Positions 14,762 to 23,697 of a stretch of DNA of 23,697 nt are shown here, one piece after another (within the stretch, counting starts at the first letter, position 1; every line of letters begins with the position of its first letter). Below the pieces are notes generated by a model. The model searched no databases. It worked only from the letters and a program-made list of their open reading frames with translations, and had not been told where the DNA came from. The translations under genes and the position numbers were made by a program. The stretch is from Lepidodermella squamata (Eukaryota > Animalia > Gastrotricha): the NCBI GenBank assembly GCA_047495785.1, contig JBLDXI010000132.1, positions 1 to 23,697 of the forward strand, written 5' to 3'.

Positions 14762-16347
14762 ATGGCGGAGGGCCGGCGGATGCTGACAGTGAGGCATGAG
14801 TTCGTGAAGAAGGACGTTGGTGTGTCAAAGGCATGCATTGTGTGCGCGTCTCTCATGTTCGTTGGCAAAACGTACGAATGCGGTCGATGCGGAGGGGCAG
14901 TCCACGCGAAATGTCTCAAAAAAGGCCTTGAGGGACTCTGTGGAGGCGCCAGTGGGGGTGGATCAGGCAGTGACAAGGGATACGGGGACAAGGGGGGTGG
15001 AGCAGGTGTGGCCATGGGTGAGGAGGAGCTGCGAGCGCTTCAGAAGAGCGTGTTCGACCTCCAGAGAGCCCTCTTCCAACGCGAAGTGGAGCTCGGTGTG
15101 AAGGAGAAGGCGATGGAGAAGGAGAAGGGGAGGATGGAAGAGAACAAGAAGTGGTTGGCCAAGCTGCTGCCGCCAGGGCTGGAGCGGTACTTCAACTACA
15201 TGGTGGATATTGTGACTGCGCAGGGGATGTCACGCGAGTTCATTGCGAATCGGAGGCGTCTCACGGCATCTCAGAAGTCCGCACGGAAGATGGCCAATGA
15301 CACGCGCGTGCGATGGTACACTCTCATTGAGGTGGACTGCTTTCGTTCTTTGATTATGCCCCCGTTCTTTCTCTCTTTCTTTGATTTCTTGAGTACACTC
15401 TATCTCTCCGTGTCACCGCCATTGAGGAGTCCCTCTCTCTCTCCTTGCACAACATTCACTCACATGTCATTGCTTTCGTCTCTTTCCTACCTCTCCTTTC
15501 ACACGTCCCTCCTCTTTTTCCCTTTTTCCTCTCACACATTTTGTCCCCTCGCGAGTTTTTCGTATTCTTCTCCAACGAATTACCTCACTGCAAATCTCCT
15601 TTGACTCTCCTCCCTTTCTTTCATCTCTCTCGTCTTCAACTTCCCACTCTCTCTTCTTTCCCTTCTTTGAACTCCTTCCTCTTCATTTTCCTCGTCCTCT
15701 TCCCTCCTTTCTTTCTTAACTCTCTTCTTTCGCTCTCTCTCTCTCTCCTTTCCTTCTCTTTTCCCCTTTCGACTTTAAATTCTCTCTGTCTTTCTCTTTC
15801 TCCATTCAATCTCTCACACCTCTTAGGAGTATCGCCGCTCAGACATCGCGGAGGGTGGCCGCCGCCGATACCAGTCCCTTTACGAGATCGTGACAACCGA
15901 AAGGACGTACGCAAAAACGCTCGCGGACCTGAGGAGGTACTTCCTAATCCCCCTCCGCACCGACTGCCTCTACTCAAAGAAACCGACTCTCACCGAAGAT
16001 CAGTTGGACGATATTCTGATTGTCGACACGTTGGAGTCACTCCATGTGATCCACCAGCAGCTCCTCTACGACCTGGAGGACGTCTTCCGATCCAACACAT
16101 TCGACCGCGTCGGTCGCGTTTTTCTCTCCTACTATCGCCGCATGCCGGACCCCTACTTGCGGTACCTTGTGGGGTACGATCGATCGGCCGCTGAGTTTCA
16201 AACCCTGACGCGGGAAAGCCAAGAGTTCTGCATCCTCCTGAAGAGATGCGAGACATCCATTCCGGGAGCCACCTTTGGGACGTCACTCAATCTGCAGTCG
16301 TACCTCATCCAACCGTGCCAGCGCCTGCCGAGGTAAGGATTGGAGGA

Positions 16348-16395
<48 letters not shown>

Positions 16396-18689
16396 AAACT
16401 GAGATGGCGATCTGCCACATCTTGTCGTTGAGAGCATTTTCCCCTTTCTCTCTTCTCCCTCCCTCTCTCTCTCCTCTCTCTCTCTCTCTCTTCTTCCCTC
16501 TCTCACAGGTATCAAATGCTCCTGAAGGCCCTGGCCGATCAGACAGATCCCTCACACGTCGATTATGCCTCCCTCACATCGGCCGCCCGCGGAGATGTCA
16601 ACGGTCGTCCGAACTGTGAACGATGCGAAGGCCATCTATGAGGACATGCAGGCGCTCTATTTCCTCGAGGAGTCACTCGGCGGGTAAATCTTGTGCGGGC
16701 GGGACGGAGATGGCTTAAGGAGGGGAGCGTCACGTGCCTGGATCTACCGCCTTTGGAGGGGGAGAAGGCGGATAAGGAGAAATGTCACATTTTGTTATGC
16801 AATGACGTCATCGTCGTCTCGGCGCGGAACAAGAAGCAGAAAGGAAAGGCTCGTCAGGCCCGCGTTCGTCCTCCACTCTCGTCTGTCAAAAGCGTCTGTG
16901 AAGGCGGGAGAGAGGGATGGGGTGTGGAAAGCGGAGGGGGAGGAGGGGACGTGTGCGGGTTTGTTGTGACGATGACCGACGGCGGGACGTTCCGCTTTGT
17001 TGCATCGGACGGTCAGGAAATGAAAAGGTGGGTTCAGATTGTGACGACTCAGTTGGGTAAGTTGGGGGAGGGAGCAGGAGCAGGAGTGAGACACTCAGGA
17101 GGAGGAGCAGGAGGAGGGGGAGGGGGAGGAGGAGGGGGTGTGGGTACAGTCGAGGAGCATTCTGAAGAAACTCTGAAGAACGATTTCTCACTCCACTTGC
17201 GGGTGGGTCGCATCGAAAACATTAAGGTGCCCTCGTCTCCTGAAAGGGAGAGCGGTGTATACGGCGTGACGCTGTACGCCTTGAAAAGATCCGATCCATC
17301 TAAAGTTCATCTTGAGTTTCGTCAGGGTGACATCATCACGGACATCGAGGTCCGAGAAGGTAAGGAGTGGTGGATCGGACGTCTCTTCGGAACAAACACC
17401 CGCGCGCCTTTCCCAAAGTCATATGTCTCTCTCTTCCCTATGCCCTCTCCCGCTCCCTCTTCGTCCCCCCTCCGCTTCGGACTCACACCATATCGGAAGA
17501 AACGCTACCGCACCCCTTCAAACCTCCGCACCCGCACCTATCCCCCCGCGGGCATCCGCCTCCTTCTCTGTCTCCTCGTCCCACTCCGCCATCGATCGGT
17601 CGCCAAACGTCGGCTCAAACCCTCTCGCACTCAGTCTGGATGACTCCGCCCCCCCAGCGCTGCCGCCCCGCAATCCCCTCTCCTCCCCTCTGTCCTCCCC
17701 TCAGACCCAATCCGTGTCCGATCGATCTCGTTCCGCCATGCCTCCGCGTCCGTCATCGTCACTCGGCGGGCCGTCAGTCGTATCAAGAGTCGCCCCCCCA
17801 CCTCCAAATGAGGCCGCGTTCGTCCCTCCTTCCTCCCCTGCTCCCTCCCCTCCCTCATCCGTCGCTCACTCTCCTTCACCTTCACATATTCCCTCTCGTC
17901 CACCGATCCCCAACCGAGGACTACCTCCTGCTCCTGCTCCCTCTGCGCCGCCGGGAGCGTCTCCGTCGACTCCTTCTCCTTCTCTCGCTCCGCATCTGTC
18001 GTCGTCCTCTTCCTCTCCTCTCTCTCCTTCTTCTGCTTCTCCAGGAGGTACGTCGGCGAGGGAGGGTGTGTGTGTGGTGGCAGTTTACAATGGGAAGGCG
18101 TTTGAATCGTCGAAAACGATGTCGAGTGATGGGTGTCTGTTTGCGGGCTTGTGTGATGAAAGGTTTATCTCTTTCTTCCTCGTCGTGCGGTTGTAACTTC
18201 TCCTCTCTTTCTCGCGATTTTGCTTTCATTTCTTTCTCCACGCGCTTCTCTCTCCGCACTCATTCTTTCCCGCTTGCTTGCCCTTTCTTTCTCTCTCTCT
18301 CACGCACACACACACACACACACTCTCTCTCTCACTTTCGTCTCCCTCTCTCCTCTCGCCAGCTTTTCTCTCGGCCCTGTCAATCCCAAAGCCATTGTCC
18401 ACGTCCTCCTCATCGACCGCAAAACAAAGTCTCTCATCGACTATACCCGCATCTCCCTCCTCAAATTGGCCTGTGACACTGTGACGCCCTCCGTCTCCTA
18501 TCCGACTCGATGTGCAGGCAATATAATGGTGGATGTGGAGATTCGAAGGGGAGGGAAGGGGGTAGGGGGGAGTGTGAGTGTGAGTGGAGGTGGGGGTGGG
18601 AATGAGAAGCATCAGTTCGAGGCGCAGGCTCTGTTGTTCACGACGTATTGCCGTGTGTGCTCGAAGGCGCTGCCGAGTTATCTGGTGTG

Positions 18690-18751
<62 letters not shown>

Positions 18752-19194
18752 GTTTCTTTGTTTGTTGTGTGTGTGTGTCATTGTTTTGATTAATTGTAAT
18801 ATTTTGAATTTACAATTCCTCACACACTATTGCATTCCCTTTTCCTTCCTTTCTTTTGCCCCTCGTCTCTCTTCTCTCTCTCTTCTCTCTCTCTCTCTCT
18901 AATCACTCTCTTCTTTCTCTCTCTCTCCCTCAGACCACTCTACAATGCAGCAAATGTGGCGAATGTGTTCACGATTCATGTCGATTCAGTGGAGGGGTAG
19001 GAGATGGAGGGGGGGGAGAAGGAGAAGTAGGAGGGGGCTGTTTGCCGACTCTGAGGACGAAACCGACGATCGAAGTGGCGCAGTCGTTTTTGTCAAGCCA
19101 GATGCGGTGAGAGGAAGAGAGAGGAAGGGGGAGAGGGAGAGGGAGGGAGAGAGGGAGAATTAATTGATAGTATTCGACCAAAACAATTCTCAAT

Positions 19195-19226
<32 letters not shown>

Positions 19227-20324
19227 CCCTCTCTTTCTCTCTCTCAATCTCTCTCTCTCTCTCGCTCTGCAGCACACCGACAGTGGTCCCTCACACATTC
19301 GATTCTCTCATGAAAGTGCTCAGAGGAGGAGGGGGACGAGAGGCGGTTCAGACTTTCGCGCCTTTCTTTTCTCCAAGTCTACTTCGCCGATTGGAGGTGT
19401 CTTTCGCTGAATTTGAGGTCGCATTCCATTCCACCCTGAGCAAGAAGGAGACTACCGAGCGTACGTGAAGCCATTTCCCTCTTTCTTTTCTTGCTTTTTT
19501 TCCCTTACCTTATGCTCTCTCTCACACACACACTCTCTCTCTTTCTCTTTCTCTCTCTCGCACACACTTGGTTAACTTTTCTTGTACAGTTTCTCCAAAG
19601 CCCTCCGAGTGCCTAAGAAAACAGAAACTTGCGATTGGATATCTGCAAACGTCCTGCGCCTCTACGAAGCGACAGGGCAAATGTACCTCCTGATCCAAAG
19701 CGAGTGCACTGAGAAAGGGTGCAGTGACACCAAAGGAAGTCCGAGTGTCATGTTTCTGTGGGCTCCTGGAAAAGGTGAGGAGGAGGGGGTATCTTTGTCT
19801 GCGCCAAAGTACTTCACAGCAGTGAAGGATTGGATTGAAGGGCAGGTGTGTGGTGGTGGTGATTTGGATATGTTTCTTTCTCTTGCTCTTTGTTTTTTTC
19901 TTTCTTACTTTTGTTCTTTGTCATCCTCTTTCAATCTTCCTTTCGATCTTTTTCTCTCTCCCTTCCTTCCTCACTCTTACCCCCATTTTCCCTCTCCCCC
20001 CTCTCTCTCTTTTTCACTCTCTCTCTCAGTTTCGTGATGCGAATGTGTTTCCAGGCTCTGGAAAGTGTAAGAAGAAAGTGGCTGTGCCTGTGCTGAAAGA
20101 GATGACACGTCATCTGGTTCGCCTTATTGCACACATGTACTTTCTGCACTACTCCAAGATCAGGGTCGGTTTTTTTTTGTTTTTAAGTTTTGTTAACTGA
20201 TTTATTATTGATTTTCTTCCACTTCACCAACTTTTTTTTGTATTTTCATCCAATTTTCTTCTTTTCTCTCTTCTTGTCAAATCATATTGAACACACTCTC
20301 TCTCCAGCTTGCGGCACCTCTTCC
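14762..20324 (+). CDS. Multidomain Dbl-family RhoGEF: C1, coiled coil, DH, PH, SH3, Pro-rich, C2, C1, MOB1/phocein domain; last exon cut at the fold-back junction
   Basis: C1 (HEF..CIVC..CGRC....H..C) at about 14795-14941. DH motifs YEIVTTERTYAKTL and LQSYLIQPCQRLPR|YQMLLK. PH (RRWLKEG..HILLCND..EMKRWVQ). SH3 (TLYA..HLEFRQGDII..WWIG..FPKSYV). Second C1 (HQF..YCRVC..QCSKCGECVHDSC). MOB (DWISANV..ECTEKGC..SAPKYF...DWIEGQ..VFP..RLIAHMYFLH). Exons are phase-compatible once single-base indels near 16588, 16685, 17467 and 19439 are corrected. Confidence 0.88.
18685..18778 (+). repeat. (GT)n microsatellite at the 5' end of a RhoGEF intron (mirrored at about 22028-22122)
   Basis: TATCTG|gtgtgttgtgtgtgtg... 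Confidence 0.9.
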
Positions 20325-20354
20325 TCAGTCCCTCAGACAAACAAACCTCTCTCT

Positions 20355-21579
20355 TCAAACCACACCTACACATCGCTGTGTGAGGTGTTCAAGAGTGGAA
20401 AGAGTGACAGCATCAGCTTTCTTGTCCAAAAGTTTGAATTCTGTGAAGAAGTAATATGCAAAGCAGAAGATGATTCGGAACGGAAGAGGTGCCGCAAGCT
20501 GGAGAGAGAGTGTGTTCAATATGATTTGACAAGAAGAGAGAAAAGAAGAAAATTGGATGAAAATACAAAAAAAAGTTGGTGAAGTGGAAGAAAATCAATA
20601 ATAAATCAGTTAACAAAACTTAAAAACAAAAAAAAACCGACCCTGATCTTGGAGTAGTGCAGAAAGTACATGTGTGCAATAAGGCGAACCAGATGACGTG
20701 TCATCTCTTTCAGCACAGGCACAGCCACTTTCTTCTTACACTTTCCAGAGCCTGGAAACACATTCGCATCACGAAACTGAGAGAGAGAGTGAAAAAGAGA
20801 GAGAGGGGGAGAGGGGAAAATGGGGTAAGAGTGAGGAAGGAAGGGAGAGAGAAAAAGATCGAAAGGAAGATTGAAAGAGGATGACAAAGAACAAAAGTAA
20901 GAAAGAAAAAAACAAAGAGCAAGAGAAAGAAACATATCCAAATCACCACCACCACACACCTGCCCTTCAATCCAATCCTTCACTGCTGTGAAGTACTTTG
21001 GCGCAGACAAAGATACCCCCTCCTCCTCACCTTTTCCAGGAGCCCACAGAAACATGACACTCGGACTTCCTTTGGTGTCACTGCACCCTTTCTCAGTGCA
21101 CTCGCTTTGGATCAGGAGGTACATTTGCCCTGTCGCTTCGTAGAGGCGCAGGACGTTTGCAGATATCCAATCGCAAGTTTCTGTTTTCTTAGGCACTCGG
21201 AGGGCTTTGGAGAAACTGTACAAGAAAAGTTAACCAAGTGTGTGCGAGAGAGAGAAAGAGAAAGAGAGAGAGTGTGTGTGTGAGAGAGAGCATAAGGTAA
21301 GGGAAAAAAAGCAAGAAAAGAAAGAGGGAAATGGCTTCACGTACGCTCGGTAGTCTCCTTCTTGCTTCAGGGTGGAATGGAATGCGACCTCAAATTCAGC
21401 GAAAGACACCTCCAATCGGCGAAGTAGACTTGGAGAAAAGAAAGGCGCGAAAGTCTGAACCGCCTCTCGTCCCCCTCCTCCTCTGAGCACTTTCATGAGA
21501 GAATCGAATGTGTGAGGGACCACTGTCGGTGTGCTGCAGAGCGAGAGAGAGAGAGAGATTGAGAGAGAGAAAGAGAGGG

Positions 21580-21611
<32 letters not shown>

Positions 21612-22055
21612 ATTGAGAATTGTTTTGGTCGAATACTATCAATTAATTCTCCCTCTCTCCCTCCCTCTCCCTCTCCCCCTTCCTCTCTCTTCCTCTCACC
21701 GCATCTGGCTTGACAAAAACGACTGCGCCACTTCGATCGTCGGTTTCGTCCTCAGAGTCGGCAAACAGCCCCCTCCTACTTCTCCTTCTCCCCCCCCCTC
21801 CATCTCCTACCCCTCCACTGAATCGACATGAATCGTGAACACATTCGCCACATTTGCTGCATTGTAGAGTGGTCTGAGGGAGAGAGAGAGAAAGAAGAGA
21901 GTGATTAGAGAGAGAGAGAGAGAAGAGAGAGAGAAGAGAGACGAGGGGCAAAAGAAAGGAAGGAAAAGGGAATGCAATAGTGTGTGAGGAATTGTAAATT
22001 CAAAATATTACAATTAATCAAAACAATGACACACACACACAACAAACAAAGAAAC

Positions 22056-22117
<62 letters not shown>

Positions 22118-23678
22118 CACACCAGATAACTCGCAGCGCCTTCGAGCACACACGGCAATACGTCGTGAACAACAGAGCCTGCGCCTCGAACTGATGCTTC
22201 TCATTCCCACCCCCACCTCCACTCACACTCACACTCCCCCCTACCCCCTTCCCTCCCCTTCGAATCTCCACATCCACCATTATATTGCCTGCACATCGAG
22301 TCGGATAGGAGACGGAGGGCGTCACAGTGTCACAGGCCAATTTGAGGAGGGAGATGCGGGGTATAGTCGATGAGAGACTTTGTTTTGCGGTCGATGAGGA
22401 GGACGTGGACAATGGCTTTGGGATTGACAGGGCCGAGAGAAAAGCTGGCGAGAGGAGAGAGGGAGACGAAAGTGAGAGAGAGAGTGTGTGTGTGTGTGTG
22501 TGCGGTGAGAGAGAGAGAAAGAAAGGGCAAGCAAGCGGGAAAGAATGAGTGCGGAGAGAGAAGCGCGTGGAGAAAGAAATGAAAGCAAAATCGCGAGAAA
22601 GAGAGGAGAAGTTACAACCGCACGACGAGAAAGAAAGAGATAAACCTTTCATCACACAAGCCCGCAAACAGACACCCATCACTCGACATCGTTTTCGACG
22701 ATTCAAACGCCTTCCCATTGTAAACTGCCACCACACACACACCCTCCCTCGCCGACGTACCTCCTGGAGAAGCAGAAAGAAGGAGAGAGAGGAGAGGAAG
22801 AGGACGACGACAGATGCGGAGCGAGAGAAGGAGAAGGAGTCGACGGAGACGCTCCCGGCGGCGCAGAGGGAGCAGGAGCAGGAGGTAGTCCTCGGTTGGG
22901 GATCGGTGGACGAGAGGGAATATGTGAAGGTGAAGGAGAGTGAGCGACGGATGAGGGAGGGGAGGGAGCAGGGGAGGAAGGAGGGACGAACGCGGCCTCA
23001 TTTGGAGGTGGGGGGGCGACTCTTGATACGACTGACGGCCCGCCGAGTGACGATGACGGACGCGGAGGCATGGCGGAACGAGATCGATCGGGACACGGAT
23101 TGGGTCTGAGGGGAGGACAGAGGGGAGGAGAGGGGATTGCGGGGCGGCAGCGCTGGGGGGGCGGAGTCATCCAGACTGAGTGCGAGAGGGTTTGAGCCGA
23201 CGTTTGGCGACCGATCGATGGCGGAGTGGGACGAGGAGACAGAGAAGGAGGCGGATGCCCGCGGGGGGATAGGTGCGGGTGCGGAGGTTTGAAGGGGTGC
23301 GGTAGCGTTTCTTCCGATATGGTGTGAGTCCGAAGCGGAGGGGGACGAAGAGGGAGCGGAGAGGGCATAGGGAAGAGAGAGACATATGACTTTGGGAAAG
23401 GCGCGCGGGTGTTTGTTCCGAAGAGACGTCCGATCCACCACTCCTTACCTTCTCGGACCTCGATGTCCGTGATGATGTCACCCTGACGAAACTCAAGATG
23501 AACCTTTAGATGGATCGGATCTTTTCAAGGCGTACAGCGTCACGCCGTATACACCGCTCTCCTTTCAGGAGACGAGGGCACCTTAATGTTTTCGATGCGA
23601 CCCACCCGCAAGTGGAGTGAGAAATCGTTCTTCAGAGTTTCTTCAGAATGCTCCTCGACTGTACCCACACCCCCTCCT
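20355..23678 (-). CDS. Inverted partial copy of the RhoGEF-MOB gene (SH3 to stop), holding the intact last exon
   Basis: Final exon 20498-20355 translates LAAPLPFRIIFCFAYYFFTEFKLLDKKADAVTLSTLEHLTQRCVGVV*, which resembles the MOB1 C-terminal helix (F..F..EF.L.D). No start codon or 5' half is present. Confidence 0.75.
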
Positions 23679-23679
23679 G

Positions 23680-23697
23680 ACTCTCACGAGGATGTGT
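23680..23697 (-). other. Untrimmed barcode bc1003 (reverse complement, one extra base)
   Basis: The reverse complement reads acacatcctcgtgagagt. Confidence 0.85.

Larger units (their letters stand above)
17130..23678. repeat. About 3.2-kb inverted repeat (arms 17130-20324 and 20482-23678, 157-bp spacer); probable fold-back chimera
   Basis: The right arm is the reverse complement of the left arm, including introns and microsatellites. The differences I found are nearly all 1-nt indels. The right arm ends at the terminal barcode. Confidence 0.93.

Noticed and set aside
16681-16690. In-frame TAA suggesting stop-codon reassignment
   Set aside because: The downstream PH domain is in a different frame, so a missing G (GGG GTA AAT) explains it. 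TAA, TAG and TGA all serve as normal stops in this window.
11015-19445. Pseudogenisation or programmed frameshifting in LTA4H and the RhoGEF (indels near 11023, 16588, 16685, 17467, 19439)
   Set aside because: All are 1-nt changes in short homopolymers, and the motifs are otherwise intact. Where a second copy exists it shows the in-frame version.
20190-20582. 130-aa ORF crossing the palindrome centre
   Set aside because: It is built from intron sequence plus the antisense of the final MOB exon across the chimeric junction.

Overview
Gene-dense, intron-rich eukaryotic DNA, probably a protist (standard code; short introns full of (CT)n/(GT)n/(CA)n/(GA)n). Five genes can be reconstructed by manual splicing. 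(1) The 3' part of a KHDC4/BLOM7-like KH-domain gene (+, to 1021). (2) Glutamine-hydrolysing asparagine synthetase (-, 1200-5263, about 15 exons). (3) A protein with Cys-rich zinc-ribbon, F-box-like, LRR-like and CHORD-like parts (+, 5670-7883). (4) GDP-mannose 4,6-dehydratase (-, 8083-9896) head-to-head with an LTA4H-type M1 aminopeptidase (+, 10143-14355); these are two genes, so six loci in all. (5) A multidomain Dbl-family RhoGEF (C1-CC-DH-PH-SH3-Pro-rich-C2-C1) ending in a MOB1/phocein domain (+, from 14762). The last 3.2 kb is a near-perfect inverted copy of 17130-20324 and most likely a fold-back chimera. A 16-mer I recognise as PacBio barcode bc1003 occurs at both ends and twice internally, so the contig carries library artefacts and homopolymer frameshifts. 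The best biological leads are the RhoGEF-MOB fusion, the F-box/LRR protein with a CHORD-like zinc module, and introns with complementary GA/CT halves. All domain calls are by eye; no searches were run.
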